DNA from: Candidatus Nanohalobium constans
Lineage (GTDB): Archaea; Nanohalarchaeota; Nanosalinia; Nanosalinales; Nanosalinaceae
Length of the DNA: 32,000 bases
Direction of reading: 5' to 3'
Assembly (NCBI RefSeq): GCF_009617975.1
Contig: NZ_CP040089.1
Span: 870,001 to 902,000, forward strand
Shown: one piece after another, positions 1 through 6,692 of the stretch
Layout: each line of letters opens with the position of its first letter
Position numbering within the stretch: position 1 is the stretch's first letter
Translations under genes and position numbers: made by a program
Notes under the pieces: generated by a model
Told to the model about the DNA's origin: nothing
Databases searched by the model: none
What the model saw: the letters and a program-made list of their open reading frames with translations, nothing else

Positions 1-13
1 AAAAGAAAGGAAA
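1..13 (-). terminator. T-rich tract downstream of the surface-protein gene; possible archaeal oligo-T terminator
   Basis: The minus strand reads TTTCCTTTCTTTT about 28 nt after the TAA stop at 41-43. The window edge truncates the context. Confidence 0.25.
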
Positions 14-40
14 TTGAAGGAAAGAATTTGGTCGAGAGCT

Positions 41-3000
41 TTACTCGACTACTGTTCCTGAGCTGGTTTCAACTGTGACCTTGCTCTGTCCTTCCAGTGC
101 GTCCTGGTTGTTACGGTAGTCAGCAAGGAAGTCAGCAGCTGCTCTTGTATCTTCTCCGGTAGCACCGGCAACAACAAGTGCAGACTGTCCTTCACTGAAA
201 CCATCAACCATCTGAATCATACCCTGACCAGTAGTGTAATTACCGGCAGGCATGGTCTGGTTATCATCAACCAATTCCTGAGTCAAACTGTTGGCATTAG
301 GTCCACCAACAAGGATCAAATTGTCATTGTTCTTAACCTGACCAACGTTACCGTCGTCAGCAAGAACACCTGATGCATACTGTCCAGTAGGCGCTGCAGC
401 AGTAGCAGAACCACCGGAAGAACCATCAGCGGAAAGCGCACCATCAGCACCAGTCATAGCGAATCCTGATGTTGCCTGTCCACTAGGCATGTTGATTGAG
501 ACAACTTCTTCATCGTCTCCTTCATCATCAACACTTACGTAAGCTCCAAACTCATCATAGTTAACTGTGACGTCCTCATCTTCCAGACTTCTGTCTTCTG
601 TCTCAAATCCAGAGTAGGAAGCTACGCTTGCTGCCTCACTATCGTCAGACTTAGTCTCTAGGACGTAAGCCTCTTCCTCATCCTGATCGTTTTCAGGCTG
701 AGTAAAGAGTACAGCTGAATCAGCGTCATCGTCACTTCTATCACCTAGATCAACCATTCCATTGTCGGTTGTCAGGTTGTACTGTGCAAAGTCACTATCG
801 ACGTTTGCAGTACTTACATAGTTGGAACCTGTAAACGTGAGTGTTGCTGTAGCGTCGTTGGAAACAACTCCGCTTGGAATGTCAGCAGTCTCTGTTGTGG
901 TTGAGGTATCGAATGTGTCTTGATCGGTTGCTGCAGGCTGATCAACATCAACAGTTCCTACGTCTGTTGCATTGACTACCTCAATGCTTTGGATGTGATT
1001 GTAATCAGCTTCTCCAGAGGTGAGTGTAACTCCTGCAGTGTCAGAGCTGAAGGATTGAACCGAAGATGCTCCGCTTCCATCACTGTTCTCTGTGGTGTTT
1101 ACTCTAACTTCATAGAGGTCTCCAGTACCAATAGTGATTTCTACATCATCAGAACTCAAGTCAATTGAGCTGGTAAGTCCATCTCCTACAGTTGCAGTGA
1201 AGTGGTCGCTGACATCAAATGCTTGTCCTGCTTCGATTCCAGTTTCTGTTTCTCCGTCGTTGTCGACGTCTGTGTCTGGTGCGTCGAATGCGATTGCTGA
1301 GTCTGTTGCTGTGTACATTGCAGGCCATAGCTGTCTGTTTCCGTCTGCTGTGCTTCTTACGAAGCTGACTTCTTCTCCGTCTTCGAATGTTACGTGGAAG
1401 TCTTTTCCTTCGATTGATTCGTCCTGAAGTGTTGCGGTTCCAGCGCTTTGATCGTAGACGTCGCTGTCTCCACTGTTTAGATCAAGTCCGTCTTCTTCTA
1501 CTGTGACAGATTCTCCTGTGACGACGTTTTCGAGTGTGACGGATAGTTCTCCATCACTTTCAGTTCCTAGGTCGGAGTCTGAGACGTCTGTTACTTCGTA
1601 CATGTCTGCTTCTTCGTAAGCGTTGAGTACGACTCTGTCGTCTTCTTCAACTGCTTCTCCTTCGTACTGTGCGATTGTTCCGTCTTCGTCTCCGAATACG
1701 GATTCGTCGTCGTCAGTATCGGAACTGTCTGTGTGTACAGGTACTGTTGCTTCTTCTCCGTCTGTTGTGAATGTTACTTCTGAGACTCCTTCGTTTTCTG
1801 AAGTAACTTCGATTGTTTCTGCTGCGTTGTCTTCGTCTGCTGTGTCTGGGTTGAGTCCTCCGTAGTGGAACTCTAGTCCGAAGAGTGGATCTTCGTAAGT
1901 TTCTCCCTGCTCAATGAAGCTTTCATCGTTGTCTTGTGCTCCAAAGTAGAAGTTGATTGCTTCTGTTGATGTGAAATCTCCGCCATCAACTGTTACGTAT
2001 ACTCCGTCAAGTTCTTCTCCGTCTACTTGAACTTCGTTACTTGATTGATCGATGGTTAGTTCGTCGCTTCCTTGGCTGAATGCTACTCTACCTTGTCCGT
2101 CTGGACCGGTTCTGTAGATGTCGGATACTCTGATGTTTCCGTTTGGACCTACTGAGTCTCCTTCTTCTACTGTTTCTGTTTCTCCGCCTACGGAAACTGT
2201 TGCTGTTACTGAGTCTCCTTCTGAAACATATGTTGCTTCAGCTGTAACTTCTTCTCCATCAACTGTAAGTGTTGTGGATTCTCCAGTGTTAACTTCTACT
2301 CTATCGCTTGAACCATAAAGAACAAGTTCGTCACTGTTAGAATCGTCGGAGAATGTGTACTCTGTTCCGAAGAGTTCAACTGTATCTCCATCTTCGATGT
2401 ATTCATCTGCGTTTGTTGCTGAGTCATCATTGTCACCTGCTTCTTCGAAGTCTACTGAGTCACTGAATTCTGCTGTTGCTGAGAATAGGTGTTCTCCTTC
2501 AGAATCACTGACTGATGCAGGATTGTTTAGGTGAAGGATAGGATCGTCGTAATCTCCTTCAGCTTCAAATTGCTGGGATTGGTCCTCTACTCTGACATCG
2601 TGTTCTACTTCTACATCGTTGCTGTCTGCGGACTGGAATGATGTGGTTTCCAGTACACTGATGTCCTGATCGTCGATTCTTGTGATTCCGTCTCCGGATC
2701 CTTCGTATAGGAATAGGTTTGTGTTATCTCTGTTTAGTGTTACTCCGTTGTCTGCTGCCCAGGTTCCTGATACTCCGGAGCCTGTGCTTACGGATTCTTC
2801 TCCGAATGCTGCTGCTCCGAGGCTTCCTGCGATTTCTGTTGCTCCGACTACGTCTGTTACTTTTGCGTCGGATCCGAGGACGATTGATGTTTCTACGTTT
2901 CCGTCTTCGTCTACGAATGGTGTTGGATAGTCTGCTAGGTCTGCGTCCATGCTAGATCCACTGGACCCACTCTGTGCAGAAGCAAGTGCTGCTCCTCCAG

Positions 3001-3088
3001 TTAGGGTTGCCCCTACGAGTAGTGCGGAACCAGCAAGGGCTGAAAAGTTGTCTGTTACCTTGTTGGTAATCTTCTTGATTGATTTCAT
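41..3088 (-). CDS. Secreted, extremely acidic cell-surface (S-layer-like) protein, about 1015 aa
   Basis: The ORF is open over 41-3172. I prefer the internal ATG at 3086-3088 (MKSIKKITNK...) because GAGGT lies about 11 nt upstream. That start also opens a signal-peptide-like N-terminus (basic residues, then ALAGSALLVGATLTGGAALASA). The body is rich in D/E/T/S. The C-terminal region carries LILVGGPNANSL and ALVVAGATGEDT, which resemble VGGPxxN motifs of archaeal S-layer proteins as I remember them. There is no C-terminal TM segment. Confidence 0.7.
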   Translation of the reverse strand: MKSIKKITNKVTDNFSALAGSALLVGATLTGGAALASAQSGSSGSSMDADLADYPTPFVDEDGNVETSIVLGSDAKVTDVVGATEIAGSLGAAAFGEESVSTGSGVSGTWAADNGVTLNRDNTNLFLYEGSGDGITRIDDQDISVLETTSFQSADSNDVEVEHDVRVEDQSQQFEAEGDYDDPILHLNNPASVSDSEGEHLFSATAEFSDSVDFEEAGDNDDSATNADEYIEDGDTVELFGTEYTFSDDSNSDELVLYGSSDRVEVNTGESTTLTVDGEEVTAEATYVSEGDSVTATVSVGGETETVEEGDSVGPNGNIRVSDIYRTGPDGQGRVAFSQGSDELTIDQSSNEVQVDGEELDGVYVTVDGGDFTSTEAINFYFGAQDNDESFIEQGETYEDPLFGLEFHYGGLNPDTADEDNAAETIEVTSENEGVSEVTFTTDGEEATVPVHTDSSDTDDDESVFGDEDGTIAQYEGEAVEEDDRVVLNAYEEADMYEVTDVSDSDLGTESDGELSVTLENVVTGESVTVEEDGLDLNSGDSDVYDQSAGTATLQDESIEGKDFHVTFEDGEEVSFVRSTADGNRQLWPAMYTATDSAIAFDAPDTDVDNDGETETGIEAGQAFDVSDHFTATVGDGLTSSIDLSSDDVEITIGTGDLYEVRVNTTENSDGSGASSVQSFSSDTAGVTLTSGEADYNHIQSIEVVNATDVGTVDVDQPAATDQDTFDTSTTTETADIPSGVVSNDATATLTFTGSNYVSTANVDSDFAQYNLTTDNGMVDLGDRSDDDADSAVLFTQPENDQDEEEAYVLETKSDDSEAASVASYSGFETEDRSLEDEDVTVNYDEFGAYVSVDDEGDDEEVVSINMPSGQATSGFAMTGADGALSADGSSGGSATAAAPTGQYASGVLADDGNVGQVKNNDNLILVGGPNANSLTQELVDDNQTMPAGNYTTGQGMIQMVDGFSEGQSALVVAGATGEDTRAAADFLADYRNNQDALEGQSKVTVETSSGTVVE

Positions 3089-3192
3089 GATTAAGTAAAC
3101 CTCATGTTTGACACATCGTGTTTTTTTGTTTTTGAGACAACCCTTTGTGTCGGCAGGTTGTCTTTTCCTCATGTTTCTTGGTTTTTTGTTGT

Positions 3193-3244
3193 CGGAGCGC
3201 CCTGAGGAAAAATGGGTTGCTCTCCGCGGGATCCCGATTCCCGG
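3193..3244. promoter_or_regulatory. GC-rich hairpin cluster in the otherwise AT-rich region upstream of the surface-protein gene; possible 5' UTR structure
   Basis: CGGAGCGCCC (3193-3202) can pair imperfectly with GGGTTGCTCTCCG (3214-3226). This is followed by the 10-nt palindrome CGGGATCCCG (3227-3236). Strand and function are not determinable from sequence. Confidence 0.3.
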
Positions 3245-3403
3245 AAAAAAACTTCGGCCCTTTTTTCTCGTGTGGGCGTGTTACTGAATATTATTTGAAG
3301 TGGGAATCGGATTGGTCCCAGTAGGTTTCTGGGATATAGTGGTTGCTTCGTCTTATGGTTGTATAAGATGAGACACCTTTTTAAATGCTGTGTATTTTAG
3401 GCG

Positions 3404-3749
3404 TGTTTTAACCGTTCACGAACCGTTTTGGACCGTTCTCGAGCGTTCAAACATTGTTTTGGTGTCCGTATTTTTGCCGAGGGTGTTTTTGAAGCTTTTT
3501 TATGTTTTTGTAGTATTTTTTACAGAAGTATGAACGAGTTTGTTTTCGACTTTTTTCTAAGATGTTTTAAAGGTTCACAACGTGTTTAGGAAGGGTTTCT
3601 GCCAATTTGGGGTTTTTTGCAGAGTCTAGAGTTGTTTTAAACAGTTCTTGGTTTGTTGGGTTTTCTGTTCGTTAAAAATCGAACTTTCAGGTTTTGCAAC
3701 TGTGAAGTGAAGAAAGGGTTGTCGGATGTTTAGTTATTGTTTTGGTGTC
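3404..3749. repeat. Dispersed direct repeats in a non-coding spacer: the TGTTTTAANNGTTC motif three times and a 14-nt exact repeat twice
   Basis: TGTTTTAACCGTTCAC is at 3404-3419, TGTTTTAAAGGTTCAC at 3563-3578 and TGTTTTAAACAGTTCT at 3633-3648, all in the same orientation. ATTGTTTTGGTGTC occurs exactly at 3453-3466 and 3736-3749. A T-rich A/T block (about 3486-3530) lies between them. Confidence 0.55.
3410..3450. repeat. Four tandem units of about 10-11 bp (AACCGTTCACG / AACCGTTTTGG / ACCGTTCTCG / AGCGTTCAAAC); iteron-like phased repeats
   Basis: Read directly: ACCGTT occurs at 3411, 3422 and 3432 and AGCGTT at 3442. Successive units are 10-11 bp apart, about one helical turn. Confidence 0.6.
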
Positions 3750-3792
3750 AAGGATAGTTGCATAGTAAGTGTTCTAGGAGAAGTTTTCTAGG

Positions 3793-3991
3793 TTAAGTAT
3801 GGTAGAACTTCATCGCGTCCAGTACCTGTTGAGGTGTTAAATTGTATTCGTGAGATATCTCTTCTATATCCCATCCGAGCTCCTGGTAGGATTCTATGAC
3901 ATCAATCACTCTTATCCTGCTGCCTTTGATTCTGCGTTTTCCACCGAGAACATCCTCAGTAGATACTATCTGACTTGCCCTGTTGAATCAT
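3793..3991 (-). pseudogene. DUF433-family (antitoxin-like HTH) gene interrupted by a 1-nt frameshift
   Basis: My manual minus-strand translation gives ...VSTEDVLGGKRRIKGSRIRVIDVIESYQELGWDIEEISHEYNLTPQQVLDAMKFYHT*, with the stop at 3793-3795. This matches the DUF433 pattern (ILGGKPxIKGTRIxV...G.s.eEI...Y.lt...v.aAl.Y). That frame has no ATG, GTG or TTG before the conserved core. An ATG at 3989-3991 opens MIQQGKSDSIY* in a neighbouring frame, and the span is 199 nt, not a multiple of 3. Confidence 0.55.
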
Positions 3992-4022
3992 CCAGAATAT
4001 TTATTGGGTCTAGTAATGGGTT

Positions 4023-4427
4023 TTAGGCTTTTGCGGAGTCTTCGGTGAGTGATTTGGTTATGCTGTAGTCTACTTTGATGTCGTTGTAGGGTATGATTGG
4101 TTTCTTTTTTCTTCCCTGTTTTTCGAAAAATACTATCTTGTTTTCTTCTAGTAGTTTGAGGTCGTTGTGGACTTCTTTCACATTTCTGTCTAGTTGTTCT
4201 GCTAGTTGTGTAATGCTTTCTGGGTCTTCGTTCATCAGTTTCTGCATGAGTTCCAGTCTTTTTTCCGTGAGAAGTTGTCTTATTTTTTCGGGGTTGTCGA
4301 AGCTTAGTACTGATTCTGTTTTTTCTCCTTCTATTGCTTTCTCTAGTCTTTGTTTTGATTCTTGTTTGAATTGTTTGAATGATTCTTCTTTTATGACTAG
4401 GTTTTTTCCGTAGGGTATTTGTTTCAT
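4023..4427 (-). CDS. Winged-helix/HTH DNA-binding protein, putative antitoxin or regulator partner of the upstream DUF6516-like gene (HVO_A0114-like)
   Basis: 134 aa. It has a charged N-terminal half followed by an HTH-like core (ESITQLAEQLDRNVKEVHNDLKLLEENKIVFFEKQGRKKKP). Its ATG overlaps the upstream stop in an ATGA (4424-4427), which indicates translational coupling. Confidence 0.6.
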   Translation of the reverse strand: MKQIPYGKNLVIKEESFKQFKQESKQRLEKAIEGEKTESVLSFDNPEKIRQLLTEKRLELMQKLMNEDPESITQLAEQLDRNVKEVHNDLKLLEENKIVFFEKQGRKKKPIIPYNDIKVDYSITKSLTEDSAKA

Positions 4428-4756
4428 TGGTGTTTTTCTACCTCTTTAAGGAATTTTTCGTAGGTTTTAGGTATTTGTTCTTGTTTTTCTGGCGGGTTCT
4501 GTATTGGTGCGGTGTCTTCTTCGCCTATATGTTTGTGATGTCTGACGTCCGAGTGTTTGTTGTAGTTGTCGTATCTTAGTACTGTTTTTCCGTTTTTATG
4601 GGTTTGGAAGCTGTATATTTGTCCTTGTGGATATTCTTGGCTTTTTTCTACTTTGTAGACTATTGCCTCGATTTTTATGCTTCCTTCCGTTCTCTTGTCT
4701 TGGAAGATCACTTCTGCCAGTTTAGCGCACCCTTTATGTGTTGTTATTGTTCTCAA
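4424..4756 (-). CDS. DUF6516 / TumE-like putative toxin
   Basis: 110 aa with the motif LRYDNYNKHSDVRHHKH, which I recall as typical of DUF6516 (RxDN...H...HHKH). No in-frame ATG is available, so the ORF starts at TTG (4754-4756) just after an in-frame TAG. It is coupled to the downstream HTH gene. Confidence 0.55.
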   Translation of the reverse strand: MRTITTHKGCAKLAEVIFQDKRTEGSIKIEAIVYKVEKSQEYPQGQIYSFQTHKNGKTVLRYDNYNKHSDVRHHKHIGEEDTAPIQNPPEKQEQIPKTYEKFLKEVEKHQ

Positions 4757-4798
4757 AGATTTAAGTGCATTGGGGTTTAACCCCTAAGAAAGTGTTTT

Positions 4799-5047
4799 TT
4801 ACAGCAAGCGTTTCAACTTTTGCTCTAGTTTCTCTGCTGTTTCTCTCATCGGTCGGATGTCTGGCCTGTCTACTACTAGTTCTGAGAATGCTGCGAATGG
4901 TATCGCGACGGCCACTACGACGAATATCATGCTGGGGTCGATCGTCTCACCAGTAGCTAGCTTAACCGCTATAAGGTCCTCTACTGTCCCCATGACGATG
5001 CCGATGACAATGAATTCTAGAAATCTTTCTATCTGGTTGGTGTTCAT
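4799..5047 (-). CDS. Small membrane protein with two hydrophobic segments, unknown function
   Basis: 82 aa with an ATG start. FLEFIVIGIVMGTV and MIFVVVAVAIPFAAF are hydrophobic stretches, and the C-terminus is basic and helical. I recognise no family. Confidence 0.45.
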   Translation of the reverse strand: MNTNQIERFLEFIVIGIVMGTVEDLIAVKLATGETIDPSMIFVVVAVAIPFAAFSELVVDRPDIRPMRETAEKLEQKLKRLL

Positions 5048-5075
5048 AGTTCGTTTTTGTGGGAGAAAGTGTTTA

Positions 5076-5375
5076 TTAGTTCAGTCTGTCTGATATCATC
5101 TGTTTGTCGTATCCCTTGTCTCTGTGGAATATTGCTTTCACTTCGATCCTATTATTTTCTATGTCAAATATCGCTCTGTAGTCTTTTCCTCCTTTTGAAC
5201 CTTTCTTCATGACATACTTGAACACCTGGCGGCCGTTTACTCTAATCAAATCAGCATTTCTGTGGTTAGTTCCCTCCGTTTCTAGCTCCATTATCTTATC
5301 TATTACCCAGGCTCTATGCGATTCTTTAAAGCCCTCCACATCTTCTAGAGCTCTTTCTTTGATTTTAACTTCCAT
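5076..5375 (-). CDS. RelE/ParE-superfamily type II toxin
   Basis: 99 aa. The C-terminal pattern DYRAIFDIENNRIEVKAIFHRDKGYD matches the RelE-like signature (gdyRiiy.i....i.i..i.hR...Y). It lies 2 nt downstream of an RHH antitoxin gene. Confidence 0.7.
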   Translation of the reverse strand: MEVKIKERALEDVEGFKESHRAWVIDKIMELETEGTNHRNADLIRVNGRQVFKYVMKKGSKGGKDYRAIFDIENNRIEVKAIFHRDKGYDKQMISDRLN

Positions 5376-5377
5376 AG

Positions 5378-5620
5378 TTACAGCCCTAGTTGATCCTTAG
5401 CCTCTTCAATAGACAAATAATTACTCTCACCTTCTTCATCTTGCCTCAGTCGCTCTATTACTATTTCCTCTTCTTCCGGCGTTAGACCTGTGTCCTCGTT
5501 TATCTGTTTTCGTAGTGCTGCTCGGATGTATTCTGATGTGTTGCTGTACATGTTTTCTTCGGCTAGTTCGTCGATTTTCTCCCTCATCTTCTCCGGTACA
5601 TTTACACTGATAGTCGGCAT
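5378..5620 (-). CDS. Ribbon-helix-helix (CopG/ParD-like) antitoxin
   Basis: 80 aa. The N-terminal MPTISVNVPEKMREKIDELAEENMYSNTSEYIRAALRKQ is a classic RHH strand-helix-helix. It has an acidic C-terminal tail and sits immediately upstream of the RelE-like toxin. Confidence 0.7.
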   Translation of the reverse strand: MPTISVNVPEKMREKIDELAEENMYSNTSEYIRAALRKQINEDTGLTPEEEEIVIERLRQDEEGESNYLSIEEAKDQLGL

Positions 5621-5642
5621 AGATTTACTATAGTGTTATAAT

Positions 5643-5650
5643 CTAATAAA
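5643..5650 (-). promoter_or_regulatory. Candidate TATA box for the RHH-RelE operon (near-leaderless)
   Basis: The minus strand reads TTTATTAG about 22 nt upstream of the ATG at 5620. Confidence 0.3.
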
Positions 5651-5690
5651 GTTTGTGATTTAGGAGCATAACCTGGCTCGATGCGAAAAG

Positions 5691-5698
5691 TTATAAAT
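5691..5698 (+). promoter_or_regulatory. Candidate TATA box for the wHTH-MazF-like operon (leaderless transcript predicted)
   Basis: TTATAAAT ends 27 nt upstream of the ATG at 5726, and no Shine-Dalgarno motif lies between them. Confidence 0.35.
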
Positions 5699-5725
5699 TT
5701 TAACGGATAGTTACATTTCGTTACA

Positions 5726-6043
5726 ATGGCAATTACTATTGACGAGTTTGAGTCTCAACCCAGCGATCTACTGAGTTTGGATAAAGACACACAGGGTTAC
5801 AGGGTTTTAGAGTTCCTAAGTGAGAACAGTGATAAGGCGTTTACTCCTAAGGAGATTCGAAGTGAGACCGGGTTGAAGAAAGGTAGTGTAGGTGCTGTAC
5901 TATCCAGGTTAGAGGACCAAGGCTTGGTGCGCCACAAGGGAAAGTACTGGGCTATTATTGAGGATGATCGATTGGCTTCTATAACTGCGATGACTCAAGG
6001 AAGTTCCTCATCAGTAAACGATGACTACTTCGGCGAAGATTAA
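5726..6043 (+). CDS. MarR/winged-helix protein, putative antitoxin of the downstream PemK-like toxin
   Basis: 105 aa. GYRVLEFLSENSDKAFTPKEIRSETGLKKGSVGAVLSRLEDQGLVRHKGKYW is a wHTH with wing, and the C-terminal tail is Ser/Asp-rich. Its stop overlaps the next start (TAATG at 6041-6045). Confidence 0.6.
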   Translation: MAITIDEFESQPSDLLSLDKDTQGYRVLEFLSENSDKAFTPKEIRSETGLKKGSVGAVLSRLEDQGLVRHKGKYWAIIEDDRLASITAMTQGSSSSVNDDYFGED

Positions 6044-6360
6044 TGGATCGCGGAGATGTAGTTATAGGTCCTGACTTCATCGGCGGAAACAGTGGAAGAC
6101 CATTCATAATCATCAGTAACAGAGATCATCCTTTCAGCGATGAAGAATGCCTAGTCGTTCTTGTTACAACAACTGAAAGAAGTGAAGCAATCCCCCTGCC
6201 AGAAGAAAAGTTTTCGGAAGGCAAACTGCCAAAAGAAAGTTTCGCATCACCCTGGACAGTTACAACAATCAAAAAAGACGCCATAAAGGAACATATTGGA
6301 AGACTTAACGAAGAAACAACCCAAAATATAGCAGATCAATTGAGAGACTATATTGAATAA
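6043..6360 (+). CDS. MazF/PemK-like (CcdB/MazF fold) toxin
   Basis: 105 aa. RGDVVIGPDF..GNSGRPFIIISN....VVLVTTT.....IPL......LPKESFASPWTVTTIKKDAIKEHIGRL follows the PemK pattern (rGdv..v.....g.RP.vvvS......v.vv.iTs......v.l......S.v....i.ti....l...iG.l). Confidence 0.65.
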   Translation: MDRGDVVIGPDFIGGNSGRPFIIISNRDHPFSDEECLVVLVTTTERSEAIPLPEEKFSEGKLPKESFASPWTVTTIKKDAIKEHIGRLNEETTQNIADQLRDYIE

Positions 6361-6365
6361 GAAAG

Positions 6366-6448
6366 TGCCGGGGACAGGATTCGAACCCGTGAACCCCTGC
6401 GGGACGGGATCTTAAGTCCCGCGCCTTTGGCCACTTGGCTACCCCGGC
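6366..6448 (-). tRNA. tRNA-Leu (anticodon TAA), class II with a long variable arm, no intron
   Basis: The reverse complement folds by hand as GCCGGGG-TA-D arm-CGGGA CTTAAGA TCCCG-variable arm TCCCGCAGGGGTTC-ACGGG TTCGAAT CCTGT-CCCCGGC-A. CCA is not encoded. Confidence 0.85.
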
Positions 6449-6482
6449 TAATGCAGTGTATTAGAGTTTTTCTGGGTGAGTA

Positions 6483-6692
6483 TTAAAAGAAATCTCCTTT
6501 GTCGAAGTATTCGTTTTGAATATTGTCCCCCTCCATTCTATATTCCCATTCTTCGGCACTAGGAGGAGCTTCTAATACCTGTGCTACCGCGTCATCCAGT
6601 CTTTTGAGCTCCATTTCAAGCATCGCTGCAGTTTCAATTACTTCTTCGTATCTTTCTTGATCTTCTCTACTGATGCTTTTACCGCCGTACAT
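6483..6692 (-). CDS. Acidic hypothetical protein, or the C-terminal part of a frameshifted gene with 6638-6967
   Basis: 69 aa ORF that overlaps the upstream ORF by 55 nt in a different frame. Both are acidic and helical. Confidence 0.35.
   Translation of the reverse strand: MYGGKSISREDQERYEEVIETAAMLEMELKRLDDAVAQVLEAPPSAEEWEYRMEGDNIQNEYFDKGDFF

Noticed and set aside
920-2955. Seven plus-strand ORFs (60-100 aa) inside the surface-protein gene (920-1168, 1134-1427, 1623-1865, 2118-2318, 2682-2930, 2719-2955 and others)
   Set aside because: They are antisense shadows of a gene dominated by GAN/ACN/TCN codons. Their translations are low-complexity S/P/V/C/L strings without starts supported by SD or TATA. 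The minus-strand ORF is continuous for more than 3 kb.
3089-3172. N-terminal 28-codon extension of the surface-protein ORF (MRKRQPADTKGCLKNKKTRCVKHEVYLI)
   Set aside because: The extension precedes a perfect signal peptide that begins at the internal ATG (3088) with its own GAGGT SD. It is basic and Cys-containing, unlike the rest of the protein, so it is most likely 5' UTR that happens to be open.
3410-3450. Possibility that the short tandem repeats are a CRISPR array
   Set aside because: The units are only 10-11 bp, contiguous, without spacers and degenerate. No cas genes or 24-40 bp repeats occur anywhere in the window.
6366-6448. tRNA-Leu as the attachment site of an integrated element carrying the TA island
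   Set aside because: No integrase or recombinase gene is present. By eye I could not find a direct repeat of the tRNA 3' half elsewhere in 3173-7700. The island may still be variable, but a classical integrative element is not supported.
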